Assembly: GCA_037127795.1 (NCBI GenBank)
Contig: JBAXXQ010000001.1
Coordinates: forward strand, 335,505-399,504
Source: a bacterium
Lineage (GTDB): Bacteria > Patescibacteriota > Minisyncoccia > Phycocordibacterales > UBA9973
Length of the DNA stretch: 64,000 nt
Direction of reading: 5' to 3'
Positions within the stretch are counted from its first letter, which is position 1, and each line of letters opens with the position of its first letter. The position numbers were made by a program, and so were the translations under genes. The notes under the pieces were generated by a model. It saw only the letters and a program-made list of their open reading frames with translations, was not told where the DNA came from and did not search any database. Positions 38,533 through 48,342 of this stretch are shown here, piece by piece.

Positions 38533-39739
38533 TAAAGATTCACACATCAAACTCGGCTTCAGAATATTGGGGGGTATTATTTTTAGTGTAATTGTTTTTG
38601 GTTTTGGAGTATATATCGGCTATGCGCGACGTCCTGCTATAGAGCAAGTTTCCAATGTTACCAATAAAACATCTCTCAGTGTAAATCCTAGTGCAGACTT
38701 TGGGCTTTTTTGGAACGCATGGCAAATCGCACAAGATAAATACGTAAACCCTGACAAAGCAACAGATCAAGACAAGGTTTACGGTGCAATCAAGGGAATG
38801 CTTTCGTCATATGGCGATCCCTATACCACATTCTTTTCTCCAAAAGAAGCAAAAATGTTTGATACACAAATAGCGGGGGAATTCGAAGGTATTGGGGCAG
38901 AGATTGGGCAAAAGGATGGTGTCCTTACTATTATTGCACCACTCAAAGGTACTCCTGCAGAGACTGCTGGTATAAAAGCTGGAGATAAATTAGTAAAAAT
39001 TGATGATAAGTTGGCAGATATGGATGTTGATTCAGCTATCAATCTTATTCGTGGAAAAGAGGGAACTACAGTCAAGCTTACTATTGTTCGTGAAGGACTT
39101 TCTGCACCACTCGTACTGACTCTCACTCGCCAAAAGATTGCACTTCCTACAGTAGATACAGAAGTACATGCAGATCAAAAAGCCTTTGTTATTCATCTCT
39201 ATGTCTTCTCTGCAAATTCTGCAAACCTCTTTGCTGATGCAATGGCAAAATTTAGAGCAACAGGATATCACAACTTGATAATCGATTTGCGCAACAATCC
39301 AGGTGGCTATCTTGATGCTGCGGTAGATATGTCAAAATGGTTCCTTCCAAAAGGTAGCGTGGTGGTAAAAGAAATTGGTCGCAATGGTGATACAAAAACA
39401 CATACTAGTGTAGGTCCTGGAGAATTTGGTACAGGATACAAAATATATATTATAGGAAACAAAGGTTCTGCATCAGCGTCTGAGATTTTGACTGGTGCGC
39501 TCACTGAACACGGTGTTGCAACACTTGTTGGAGATACTACTTTTGGTAAAGGTTCTGTACAAGAAGTAGTACCACTCGATGATAATACCGCAATGAAAGT
39601 CACTGTTGCAAAATGGTATACCCCAAATGGCATCTCAATTTCAGAAAATGGTCTCAAGCCGTCAATATTCCTCAAACCAAACGAAAGTGCTACTATAGAC
39701 AGACAATTACAAGATGTTTTAGCAATGTTCAATAAATAG
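38525..39739 (+). CDS. ctpA: C-terminal processing peptidase (S41) with PDZ domain
   Basis: PDZ segment GIKAGDKLVKIDD; S41 motifs LIIDLRNNPGGYL and GSASASE. Confidence 0.85.
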   Translation: MSNKDSHIKLGFRILGGIIFSVIVFGFGVYIGYARRPAIEQVSNVTNKTSLSVNPSADFGLFWNAWQIAQDKYVNPDKATDQDKVYGAIKGMLSSYGDPYTTFFSPKEAKMFDTQIAGEFEGIGAEIGQKDGVLTIIAPLKGTPAETAGIKAGDKLVKIDDKLADMDVDSAINLIRGKEGTTVKLTIVREGLSAPLVLTLTRQKIALPTVDTEVHADQKAFVIHLYVFSANSANLFADAMAKFRATGYHNLIIDLRNNPGGYLDAAVDMSKWFLPKGSVVVKEIGRNGDTKTHTSVGPGEFGTGYKIYIIGNKGSASASEILTGALTEHGVATLVGDTTFGKGSVQEVVPLDDNTAMKVTVAKWYTPNGISISENGLKPSIFLKPNESATIDRQLQDVLAMFNK

Positions 39740-39741
39740 AT

Positions 39742-40191
39742 ATGAAAGTTATATTACAAAAATCTGTACCAAAACTCGGAAAAGCGGGGGATATATTGGA
39801 AGTAAATCCTGGTTATGCCCAAAATGCATTGTTTCCAAAGGGGCTCGCAATCCCTGCAACACCTATTGCAATTGCTAGTTTGGAGAAAAAGGTAGCAGGT
39901 CTCAAAAATCAAAAAGAGCAACATATTGCAGAAGTGACTAGTGCACTTGCGACTATCAATGACAAGACTATTACCTATACTGCAAAAGCAAATGCCCAAG
40001 GTACGCTATTCTCAAAAATAGACGCAATAACACTCGCGCACTTTTTGGAACAAAAGCTTCATATCCATATTGATCCAAAACATATCACTATCGACGGGGG
40101 TACTATCAAAACGCTTGGTACTGCATCATTTACTGTATCTGCATCTGACAAAAAAATCCACGCAAGCCTTTCTATAGAAGAAGAGAAATAG
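39742..40191 (+). CDS. rplI: 50S ribosomal protein L9
   Basis: MKVILQKSVPKLGKAGDILEVNPGYAQNALFPKGLA. Confidence 0.9.
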   Translation: MKVILQKSVPKLGKAGDILEVNPGYAQNALFPKGLAIPATPIAIASLEKKVAGLKNQKEQHIAEVTSALATINDKTITYTAKANAQGTLFSKIDAITLAHFLEQKLHIHIDPKHITIDGGTIKTLGTASFTVSASDKKIHASLSIEEEK

Positions 40192-40230
40192 CATTTCTCT
40201 AGATTTGAATATGTATAGTATACTTATTCA

Positions 40231-41895
40231 ATGCATAAAAAGTTTTATAAAAAAGCCCCTCTGTTTATTACAAGTGTTTTTATTATTTTAGGATTGTTTA
40301 CACAATCAGTATTTGCTGCAACATGGGTTGATCAAACAGGTGTAGGGTTCCGCTCTATGGGCCCCCTAGCTTCTTCTGCTGATGGTACAAAATTAGTTGC
40401 TGTAGGTGATAATGATTATATTTATGCATCGTCTAACTCTGGGGTTACCTGGACTCAGCAAGTATCTGCCGGAATAAGAGGTTGGAGTTCTATTACTTCT
40501 TCTGCTGATGGTACAAAATTATTTGCTACTGTGTATAATGGTGGTATTTATGCTTCAATAGATAATGGTTTTACTTGGGTTAATAGATTACCCTCAAACA
40601 CGAGACAATGGAGTTTTATTACCTCTTCTCCTGATGGTACAAAAGTAGTTGCTGCTGTTAGTGGTGGAGATATCTATACTTCAACAGATAGTGGGGTAAC
40701 ATGGATAGATCAAACAGGTTCAGGTTCTAATAATTGGTCTTCTATTGCTTCTTCTGCTGATGGTACAAAATTAGTGGCATCTGTTTATTATGGAGATATC
40801 TATACTTCAACAGATAGTGGGGTAACATGGATAGATAGAACATCTGCTGGTGTTCATCCTTGGAATTCTGTAGTATCATCATCAGATGGTTTAAAGTTGG
40901 CTGCAACTTTTTCTAGTGGTAATATACAAACTTCATTAGATGGTGGTGTGACATGGACAAGTCAATCAGGGTCAGGTGCTTATTCTTGGTCTTCTATTGC
41001 TTCTTCCGCTGACGGTACGAAATTAGCTGCAGCTACATCAGGAAATTGTGGAGGGTCATGTATCGGTGGTGATATATATACATCATCAGATAGTGGTGTA
41101 ACTTGGGTAGATCAAGCAAATATCGGTGCAACATATTGGAATTCTATTGTCTCTTCTGCTGATGGTAATAAATTAGCAGCTGCGGTTAATCACGGTGATA
41201 TATATACCGTTTCTTTCGCCACCACCCCCCTCCAACCAACCACTCCCACCGGTACCACCACCACAGACACTGCAAACCTCTCTTGGACAGCACCTTCAGA
41301 CGGTGGTTCACCACTCACTGACTACTATATCGAATACAAACCAACAAATACTAACACTTGGACAAGTGTCTCACATACCCCTAGTACTACCACATCAATT
41401 TCTATACCAAACCTCACCAGTGGTACTAGCTACGACTTTAGAATAAGTGCTATCAATGCTATAGGTACTGGTCCTGCATCTACACCATGTACAGTATCAA
41501 CAGCACCCATACACCACAGTGGTGCCTTTGTCCCACTACCCCCAATAGTTGTTCACCATATTAATCCTATACCAACTACTACACCTAAAATAACACTCAC
41601 TATCCCTAGTACAGATCCCAACATCAAAATGATGGCAATCTCTCCAACTAAAGACTTTACCAATATAATTCAACAACCATATACCAATACTATTTCATAT
41701 AACATCTGCCAAGGACTCACTACATGTCCTTCAGGTACCTACACTGCCTACATCCGCCTCTACAATGCCATGGGTATAGCTACTGATACAGCAGTGAATA
41801 TTACGTACAAGAATAACAAAACAACAATAGCTCCAAAGAAAACAATAACTTCAAACAAGGTTGTTGCTTCTAAGAAGAAGGGGAAGAAGAAATAG
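40231..41895 (+). CDS. Secreted surface protein with about 7 tandem BNR/Asp-box repeats (SxDxGxTW) and a fibronectin type III domain
   Basis: Signal peptide; repeated SSADGTKL...DIYTSTDSGVTWxDQ units of about 42 aa; FN3-like LSWTAPSDGGSPLTDYYIEYK; identical DNA repeats at 40672-40715 and 40797-40840. Confidence 0.65.
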   Translation: MHKKFYKKAPLFITSVFIILGLFTQSVFAATWVDQTGVGFRSMGPLASSADGTKLVAVGDNDYIYASSNSGVTWTQQVSAGIRGWSSITSSADGTKLFATVYNGGIYASIDNGFTWVNRLPSNTRQWSFITSSPDGTKVVAAVSGGDIYTSTDSGVTWIDQTGSGSNNWSSIASSADGTKLVASVYYGDIYTSTDSGVTWIDRTSAGVHPWNSVVSSSDGLKLAATFSSGNIQTSLDGGVTWTSQSGSGAYSWSSIASSADGTKLAAATSGNCGGSCIGGDIYTSSDSGVTWVDQANIGATYWNSIVSSADGNKLAAAVNHGDIYTVSFATTPLQPTTPTGTTTTDTANLSWTAPSDGGSPLTDYYIEYKPTNTNTWTSVSHTPSTTTSISIPNLTSGTSYDFRISAINAIGTGPASTPCTVSTAPIHHSGAFVPLPPIVVHHINPIPTTTPKITLTIPSTDPNIKMMAISPTKDFTNIIQQPYTNTISYNICQGLTTCPSGTYTAYIRLYNAMGIATDTAVNITYKNNKTTIAPKKTITSNKVVASKKKGKKK

Positions 41896-41907
41896 ACTAC
41901 ATAAATA

Positions 41908-41943
41908 ATAAAAAACTCTCGAAATAAATCGAGAGTTTTTTAT
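41908..41943. terminator. Bidirectional terminator AACTCTCGA-aataaa-TCGAGAGTT with A/T flanks
   Basis: Perfect 9-bp stem between convergent genes. Confidence 0.7.
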
Positions 41944-41958
41944 TATAGAGATTTTGTA

Positions 41959-42237
41959 TTATGCAGTTACAATATGAGCGGCTTTACGAACTGAAGTTGT
42001 GCCATCAAAGTTGTCTTTGCGTTTGTCAGTAAATTTTACAACACCAGCCTTGAGTGCAAATAATGTGTGATCTTTTCCGATTCCAACATTTGCGCCAGGA
42101 AGGATTTTTGTACCACGTTGGCGTACAATAATAGCACCAGCTAATGCTTTTTGACCTGCGTACAATTTTGTACCCAAATATTGTGGATTTGAGTCTGACC
42201 CGTTTTTTGTTGCTCCTTGTGCTTTCTTATGTGCCAT
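41959..42237 (-). CDS. rpmA: 50S ribosomal protein L27
   Basis: [22 protein letters not shown]...[11 protein letters not shown]. Confidence 0.95.
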   Translation of the reverse strand: MAHKKAQGATKNGSDSNPQYLGTKLYAGQKALAGAIIVRQRGTKILPGANVGIGKDHTLFALKAGVVKFTDKRKDNFDGTTSVRKAAHIVTA

Positions 42238-42238
42238 A

Positions 42239-42739
42239 TTGTTTTATACGTTAATTATGTACAAGTATGGTATCAAAACGGTATTGTTTTGTCAATATAT
42301 CCGAGTTCCTATATACTATATCTATATGGGCGATACGCTGACTAATTTTATACAAAAACAGTATAAAATCCTCTTTATTATAGGAGTACTACTAATTGCT
42401 GGTGTAAGCTACTATATAGGGCTCCAGGAGGGGCTACAGCGCGGTGAGAGCAGGGTAGCACTCTCATGCGACAAAGGTATTCTAGATACGCTCGCCATCC
42501 CTACAGGCCTTTTATCTGGAAAAACACAACCTGCTGCAATAAATACTAATACAACACAAAATAATACTTCGTCAATAGATACACAAAATGTAACAGGGAA
42601 GTATGTAGGCTCAAGAAATGGAAAAAAGTATTATACTGTAGGATGTTCAGGTACCAAGCGAATCAAACCGGCAAACCTTATTTATTTTAAAGATATACAA
42701 GACGCACAATTACAAGGGTATAGTAAAGGATCATGTTAA
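42239..42739 (+). CDS. Membrane-anchored hypothetical protein with C-terminal [18 protein letters not shown] motif
   Basis: TM after probable start MGDTLTNF; conserved Cys-containing C-terminal motif; family not assigned. Confidence 0.4.
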   Translation: MFYTLIMYKYGIKTVLFCQYIRVPIYYIYMGDTLTNFIQKQYKILFIIGVLLIAGVSYYIGLQEGLQRGESRVALSCDKGILDTLAIPTGLLSGKTQPAAINTNTTQNNTSSIDTQNVTGKYVGSRNGKKYYTVGCSGTKRIKPANLIYFKDIQDAQLQGYSKGSC

Positions 42740-43674
42740 GACGATTTTTTCAATCACGAATAGTTTCTCTCTTACTCGTGGTACTTGTCGCGGTATATTC
42801 TCCAGAAATAAAATCATATGTACAAAAAATTTTTTCACATACAAAAGCTAGTGTTGCACAACAAGAGACCGCGACACCAGCAGCTCAAGATATTGAAATT
42901 TTTCCTACTACGGTAGATACTGCAAAAACTGATAGTACTGATGCTACAGAAGAACAACCTAGTTTTGTACAAAAATACAAAGGACCGCTTTCTGTAAACA
43001 ACATCATTGATGCGACAAATATAGAGCGTACCAAGGCAGGGCTCACACCACTCAAAACAAATACACTCCTTATCCAATCTGCAAAGAAAAAGGTTGATGA
43101 TATGATTGCAAAAAATTATTTTGAACATACATCGCCAGATGGAAAAACTGTTTCTGATCTTGCGGACAGTGTAAACTATAAATATATTATTCTCGGAGAA
43201 AATCTTGCAGTAGGAGATTTTGTTGGTAGCGCAGATCTGCTCGATGCGTGGATGGCAAGCCCTGGTCACAAGGCAAATATTCTCAACTCTAAGTATCAAG
43301 AGATCGGTGTCTATGCAGCACAAGGCACATATGAAGGGAGAACTGTTTGGTTTGCAGTGCAGCATTTTGGTACCAATCAATCAGTATGTCCTGGTATTCA
43401 TGCAAATCTAAAAAAAGAAATTGATACAACCAATGAGGACCTCAAAAAGAGGGAAGCAGCTATAGAGGCAGATCGCAAAGAACTCGAAACTCCTATGGCA
43501 GCGCTTTCTATCGACTACAAAGACAAAGTACAAAACTTCAATAACCTTGTCAGCGAATACAATACATTGCTTGCGCAAGTAAAAACAAAAATAGGGACGT
43601 ACAACGATGAAGTACACGCATTCAATAATTGTATCGGCGTATTCCAAAAAGGGCAGACTCCCATAGCTGAGTAA
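42733..43674 (+). CDS. CAP/SCP (PR-1-like, YkwD-type) domain protein with C-terminal coiled coil
   Basis: TM; CAP motifs YFEHTSPDG and GENLA...ASPGHKANIL. Confidence 0.75.
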   Translation: MLRRFFQSRIVSLLLVVLVAVYSPEIKSYVQKIFSHTKASVAQQETATPAAQDIEIFPTTVDTAKTDSTDATEEQPSFVQKYKGPLSVNNIIDATNIERTKAGLTPLKTNTLLIQSAKKKVDDMIAKNYFEHTSPDGKTVSDLADSVNYKYIILGENLAVGDFVGSADLLDAWMASPGHKANILNSKYQEIGVYAAQGTYEGRTVWFAVQHFGTNQSVCPGIHANLKKEIDTTNEDLKKREAAIEADRKELETPMAALSIDYKDKVQNFNNLVSEYNTLLAQVKTKIGTYNDEVHAFNNCIGVFQKGQTPIAE

Positions 43675-43818
43675 TACTATTCCTTGTATGTCTTTTAGAA
43701 ATATATAGATGTCGCACAATATATCTTTTGCGACATGGTTATATAAATAAAATGCTCATATAGTCTACACAGGGTGTGTCGTATACGAGCATTTGTTGTT
43801 GGTGTATTGAATTGGAGT

Positions 43819-43920
43819 TCAATTCCTTTTTCGAGTTCTTTGGAACCATGACTTTGTTTTACTTAAGATTTTTGAAAATTTTCTTCCTGTTCTTCTAATA
43901 CCTTTTTTAATATGAGTCAT
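43819..43920 (-). CDS. Tiny basic ORF MTHIKKGIRRTGRKFSKILSKTKSWFQRTRKRN (33 aa)
   Basis: Read directly on the minus strand; under 60 aa so absent from the ORF track; AT-rich TATATAC 12 nt upstream. Confidence 0.25.
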   Translation of the reverse strand: MTHIKKGIRRTGRKFSKILSKTKSWFQRTRKRN

Positions 43921-43993
43921 ACAACAAGTTTTGTATATATCGTACTACAGATACCCCTTAAATGCACTTGGTGAAAAAAGGCCTTTCGCTCCC

Positions 43994-44290
43994 CTAATCC
44001 TTGAGGTATTTTTGACCGTAGAGGGCCATTGCATCTATGACTTGATGTAAGTGTTCACCTTTGAGTGTCAGCTGATAGAACGGATCATTCTTTTGGACGA
44101 TACCTTGCTCTTCGAGGCGTTTCAATTTGAGTATGAGCGTACGAGTACTTACTCCTTGTAATGACGACAAAAGTTCATTGTATCGCATTGGTCTGTGTAT
44201 CAAGTCTCGTATGATAAGCATGGTCCATGTATCAGATAGTAGGTCTGCAACCTTTGCTATGGGGCATGTAGTATGATCTATTTTTTTCAT
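43994..44290 (-). CDS. HxlR-family transcriptional regulator
   Basis: CPIAKVADLLSDTWTMLIIRDL...RYNEL winged-helix HxlR signature. Confidence 0.85.
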   Translation of the reverse strand: MKKIDHTTCPIAKVADLLSDTWTMLIIRDLIHRPMRYNELLSSLQGVSTRTLILKLKRLEEQGIVQKNDPFYQLTLKGEHLHQVIDAMALYGQKYLKD

Positions 44291-44325
44291 ATGTATAAAT
44301 GTACCACTTTAAAAATAAAAGTAAA

Positions 44326-44337
44326 GCTTTACAAAGT
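44326..44337. promoter_or_regulatory. Perfect 12-bp palindrome GTAAAGCTTTAC in the hxlR/yceI divergent intergenic region (candidate operator)
   Basis: Palindrome flanked by direct AAGTAAAG repeats, between divergently transcribed regulator and target. Confidence 0.4.
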
Positions 44338-44351
44338 AAAGTAGTAGGAGT

Positions 44352-44915
44352 ATGCTAGTGGTATTACAAATAATTCAATTTACACATATGAACACATGGC
44401 ACATAGATACTGCGCACTCAAATATTTCATTCAAGATCAAGCACCTCACTGTTTCTACGGTAAAAGGTAGCTTCAAGACATTTACTGGTACCGCTACTAC
44501 CCTAGACGACTCATTCGTCGATGCGACTCTTGATACAGAAATACAAGTGGCAAGTATTACTACAAACAATGATCAGCGCGATGGGCATCTTTTGTCTCCA
44601 GACTTTTTTGATGTAGAAAAATTCCCCACTGCGCACTTTGTTTCTACTTCTTTCAAAAATGTAGAAAGTAATACATTTGCAATAGCTGGAAATCTTACTA
44701 TCAAGGGCATCACCAAAGAATACACGCTCACTGCAGAATTCAACGGTCTCACCAATAGTATGGATGGAAAAAAGATTGCATCATTTAGTGCAGAGACAAT
44801 ACTCAATCGTGCAGACTTCGGTCTTTCATGGAATGCACCACTAGAAGCTGGTGGACTTATCCTCGGCGAAACAGTAACACTTGAACTCGATATCGAATTC
44901 ATCCTCGCTGCGTAA
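44352..44915 (+). CDS. YceI-family protein
   Basis: WHIDTAHSNISFKIKHLTVSTVKGSFKTF; probable start at MNTWHID (44385). Confidence 0.85.
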   Translation: MLVVLQIIQFTHMNTWHIDTAHSNISFKIKHLTVSTVKGSFKTFTGTATTLDDSFVDATLDTEIQVASITTNNDQRDGHLLSPDFFDVEKFPTAHFVSTSFKNVESNTFAIAGNLTIKGITKEYTLTAEFNGLTNSMDGKKIASFSAETILNRADFGLSWNAPLEAGGLILGETVTLELDIEFILAA

Positions 44916-44933
44916 TATATAGATTGCAGTACT

Positions 44934-44964
44934 ATAAAACCCCTCGTTGTATGAGGGCTTTTAT
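44934..44964 (+). terminator. Hairpin AAAACCCCTC...GAGGGCTTTT
   Basis: Inverted repeat plus T-run after yceI. Confidence 0.55.
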
Positions 44965-45013
44965 AGTTTGACATATATTATATAAAGTGATTTAATAATA
45001 AAAAATATATAGT

Positions 45014-45274
45014 ATGAATAGAGGTACGAATTTTGGCCAGCCTATAGAGCATACAATCCCCGTTCGGCGTGAAAAAAAGAATATACACGTAGTAAGACAA
45101 AGATCTATTGTACAGCAAGTCTTTGAATTCACTATGCAGGAAAGATTGTCGGATGTATCTGAAAATCTTATTATGAAAATAAGAAGTAAGGATAAAAATT
45201 GGAGAAAACAAGAATTCTCCAAAAAGGGGTATAAAAAATACTATGGGTCAAAAAAAGTCCACAAGCATAAATAG
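45014..45274 (+). CDS. Possible small basic protein (86 aa)
   Basis: ORF ending inside a perfect terminator; no homology recognised; could be non-coding. Confidence 0.25.
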   Translation: MNRGTNFGQPIEHTIPVRREKKNIHVVRQRSIVQQVFEFTMQERLSDVSENLIMKIRSKDKNWRKQEFSKKGYKKYYGSKKVHKHK

Positions 45275-45287
45275 CTTGTGGACTTTT
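45251..45287. terminator. Strong bidirectional terminator AAAAGTCCACAAGC-ataaata-GCTTGTGGACTTTT
   Basis: Perfect 14-bp stem; downstream of lysS on the minus strand. Confidence 0.75.
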
Positions 45288-45369
45288 CATATATTATTTA
45301 TGAGAAACTGCTTGCCAGATCCAAGTGATTGCGAGAAGTACGAGGATGCTGATAGTAATTATTTTCATA

Positions 45370-46830
45370 TTATTGTCGTGGGCGTGTTAATGGGAATAAT
45401 TGTGCTTCACGTACTGTCGTATCCATCAAGAAACTAAATAAACGTTCTGAGAGTCCGAATCCAAATGCTGGTGGCATTGCATATTCGAGTGCTTCTACGA
45501 ATTCCATATCGGCCATTTGTGCTTCATCGTCCCCTGCATCACGGAGTGCTTGTTGGTGTTCAAAGCGCCCGCGCTGGTCTATAGGGTCGTTGAGTTCACT
45601 AAATCCTTTACCCATTTCGCTTCCTGCGAGAATCACCTGGAAACGCTCTACCGTATGAGGATTCTCTCGGCTTCGTTTTGCGAGAGGTTCCATAAATACT
45701 GGGACATTAATAAGAAATCCTGGACCTGCCAATGTCTTGCGGATTTTTTTCCAGAGCAAATCAACACCACGCTCTACAGTGAGTGTATTTTTGTCATACG
45801 CAATATCTGCGAGCGTCAATACACTTGCAAGCTGATCTGTAGATACAGAAAGAATATCTATATTGTATGTAGTATTGAGGATGTGTGTGTAATCATATAT
45901 TTCCCATTCGTCAGCGAGGTCTATGTTGAAACCTTTGATAGTGAATTTTGTGGTCCCAAAAACTTTTTCTCCGATGAGTTGATAGAGCTCTTTGGTCATT
46001 GCCATACCCTCTACATAGTCGCTATATGCCATGTAGTATTCGAGTTGTGTGTAGTCTTGGAGGTGTTCCGGCGAAATACCTTCATTACGAAAGATTCTAC
46101 CGATTTCAAATGTGCGTGGAAGTCCTCCTACGAGGAGTTTTTTCTGCCACAATTCTCCTGCTGATATGCGAAGAAAAACATCGATATCGAGCGCATTGTG
46201 ATGTGTGATAAAAGGTCGTGCTTCTGCTCCACCGGTAGTATTTTCGAGTACTGGTGTCTCTACTTCAATAAAGTTTTTTTCGAGCAAATAGGTACGGATA
46301 GTATTCCAAAAAAGTGACCGCTTGCGAGCCATGTCTTGGAGTGCAGGAGTAAGGATCATATCGACATAGCGCATACGGAGACGTTCGTCTTCGTCTTTGA
46401 GTCCATACCAGCTATCTGGTAATGCACGAATACTCTTGCTAATCATGCGCCAATTATTACAAAAAATACTTTGTTGTCCTTTTGCGGTGATATATGCCGG
46501 GCCGGTGATTTCTACAAAGTCTCCTTGGTCTACAAGTGTTTGCAAATCTTCATAGAGACTTCCCATAGCATCGAGCTTACAAAATACTTGTATAGATGCG
46601 GTCCCATCATTGATATCAAGGAAGCTCAATGCACCGTGTTTACGAAAAGACATAATACGCCCAGCGAGTATAGATTCAAATTGTGCACTTTCAAGTGTTT
46701 GAAAATTTGCCAAAAAATCTGTGATAGTACTGGTGCGAAGTGATTCTGCTGGATATGGATCAATACCTTTTTCTTTGAGGAGTTCCAATTTGCGTATGCG
46801 CTCTGTTCGTATTTCGTCTTGTGATGCCAT
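45370..46830 (-). CDS. lysS: Lysine--tRNA ligase (class II)
   Basis: N-terminal OB anticodon-binding domain; class II motifs (FRNEGIS, GLPRTFEIG); C-terminal GFGLSERL. Confidence 0.95.
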   Translation of the reverse strand: MASQDEIRTERIRKLELLKEKGIDPYPAESLRTSTITDFLANFQTLESAQFESILAGRIMSFRKHGALSFLDINDGTASIQVFCKLDAMGSLYEDLQTLVDQGDFVEITGPAYITAKGQQSIFCNNWRMISKSIRALPDSWYGLKDEDERLRMRYVDMILTPALQDMARKRSLFWNTIRTYLLEKNFIEVETPVLENTTGGAEARPFITHHNALDIDVFLRISAGELWQKKLLVGGLPRTFEIGRIFRNEGISPEHLQDYTQLEYYMAYSDYVEGMAMTKELYQLIGEKVFGTTKFTIKGFNIDLADEWEIYDYTHILNTTYNIDILSVSTDQLASVLTLADIAYDKNTLTVERGVDLLWKKIRKTLAGPGFLINVPVFMEPLAKRSRENPHTVERFQVILAGSEMGKGFSELNDPIDQRGRFEHQQALRDAGDDEAQMADMEFVEALEYAMPPAFGFGLSERLFSFLMDTTVREAQLFPLTRPRQ

Positions 46831-47182
46831 AATTTTTAAATTATATAAGAAAATAAGGGTTTTAGCTATAATTGACTTTAATATAAAAATATGTTATGAT
46901 GTATATGTACCAAAAAAGTTCTTTATGTTAAAAATTATTTTAGTAGTAGTAATTTCACTGTTTTCATTTTCTGGATTTTCTCAACAATCAAAAAAGGTTG
47001 AAAAGATATTTACCGTGGAAGAGATATTGCATGCAAACCCGCCCCACCCTATAGGGGTTAAGGTTGTGATTGATTCAACTCGTGTTGTTAAAATATCGGG
47101 GTGGATGATGAACAGTGTTGTTTTTATAGACAGCACTGGAACGCATATCGAAAATCTCGAGAAGTATCTAAAGAAAAAATAA
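46721..47182 (+). CDS. Small secreted protein; real start probably MLKIILVVV at about 46925
   Basis: Signal peptide then about 60-aa mature domain; the upstream part of the listed ORF overlaps lysS. Confidence 0.35.
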   Translation: MIVLVRSDSAGYGSIPFSLRSSNLRMRSVRISSCDAIIFKLYKKIRVLAIIDFNIKICYDVYVPKKFFMLKIILVVVISLFSFSGFSQQSKKVEKIFTVEEILHANPPHPIGVKVVIDSTRVVKISGWMMNSVVFIDSTGTHIENLEKYLKKK

Positions 47183-47203
47183 ATACTTATTTACTCAAAT
47201 TAC

Positions 47204-47240
47204 AAATAGCTTCTTAGAATATTCTAAGAAGCTATTTTTT
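47204..47240. terminator. Bidirectional terminator, 17-bp perfect palindrome AAATAGCTTCTTAGAAT|ATTCTAAGAAGCTATTT
   Basis: Read directly; T6 follows; between convergent genes, dnaJ on the minus strand. Confidence 0.75.
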
Positions 47241-48333
47241 ATATTCCCTCTTTTTTCAGCTCTTCGATGAGATGCTTTGCATTTTTGGAAAGTTTGTGTG
47301 GAAGTTTGATATTGAGCTTGATAATAAAATTACCTCTGCGAATACTACTAGTCGATGCGACACCGAGGTGTTTGAGTACTACGGTATCCCCTAGTTGGCT
47401 TCCTGCAGGAACAGAAAATTCCTTTATACCGTCGAGTGTTTCGATAGTAAAATCATTTCCGAGTAATGCATCAGTGAGTGTAATATCAAATGCAGTATAA
47501 AGATCAGATCCTTGGCGAAGGATTGTTTTGTGTGGAGTCACTGCAATACGAATATAGAGATCGCCGGTTTGGCCACCTTGTATTGCTTCGCCCATACCTT
47601 GTACTCGGAGTGTTTCGCCGTTTTGTATACCAGCCGGGATAGTGACTTTTATCACGCGAGTATCGCGGATAACACCAGCACCCTTACATGTACTACATTT
47701 TTCTTTTGGTATTTTGCCTTTACCGAGACATGTATCACAAGTACTATTTGTTGCGATATTACCGAGTATGGTGCGTTGTATATGGCGGATACTTCCTACG
47801 CCATCACATTTTTTACATGTATCAAAACCACTTCCTGGCTTCGCACCATCGCCCTTACAAGTACTACAGGTGTTTGGTTTGGTGAGAGATATTTCTTTTT
47901 CTATACCAAATACACTTTCTTTGAATGGTAGTGTGATTGTTGTTTGCAAATCATTTCCGCGTCTTTGTTGTGATCTGCGAATTCCGCCACCACCAAACAT
48001 ATCGCCAAAAATATCTCCCATATCAAATTCAAATCCATTACCTGAGCCATTTTGAGAAAATCCTGAAAAATCAAAACCACCAAATCCGCCGTTTCCTCCG
48101 CCGAAACCACCACTTCCCATATTGGGGCCAGCAGATCCAAATTGGTCGTATTGCGCGCGTTTACTATCATCAGAGAGTGTCTGATACGCCTCATTTACTT
48201 CTTTGAATTTTTTCTCATCACCGTCTTTTTTGTCTGGGTGATATTTGTGGGCTAGTTTATGAAATGCCTTCTTTATATCTTCTTTAGAAGCATTTTTTTC
48301 TACCCCTAATGTATGATAAAAATCTTGTGCCAT
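47239..48333 (-). CDS. dnaJ: Chaperone DnaJ
   Basis: J-domain with HPD (KYHPDK); G/F region; four CxxCxGxG zinc-finger repeats. Confidence 0.95.
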   Translation of the reverse strand: MAQDFYHTLGVEKNASKEDIKKAFHKLAHKYHPDKKDGDEKKFKEVNEAYQTLSDDSKRAQYDQFGSAGPNMGSGGFGGGNGGFGGFDFSGFSQNGSGNGFEFDMGDIFGDMFGGGGIRRSQQRRGNDLQTTITLPFKESVFGIEKEISLTKPNTCSTCKGDGAKPGSGFDTCKKCDGVGSIRHIQRTILGNIATNSTCDTCLGKGKIPKEKCSTCKGAGVIRDTRVIKVTIPAGIQNGETLRVQGMGEAIQGGQTGDLYIRIAVTPHKTILRQGSDLYTAFDITLTDALLGNDFTIETLDGIKEFSVPAGSQLGDTVVLKHLGVASTSSIRRGNFIIKLNIKLPHKLSKNAKHLIEELKKEGI

Positions 48334-48342
48334 AGTGGGGGT

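Noticed and set aside
45243-45437. 64-aa plus-strand ORF overlapping the lysS 3' end
   Set aside because: It overlaps the lysS coding region and spans a strong terminator, so is unlikely to be translated.
47267-48206. Several plus-strand ORFs (47267..47500, 47512..47931, 47642..48055, 47688..47885, 47937..48206) inside dnaJ
   Set aside because: They are antisense or shifted frames of a confidently identified dnaJ gene. Their Cys/His/Tyr-rich composition is an artefact of reading the G/F and zinc-finger regions out of frame.
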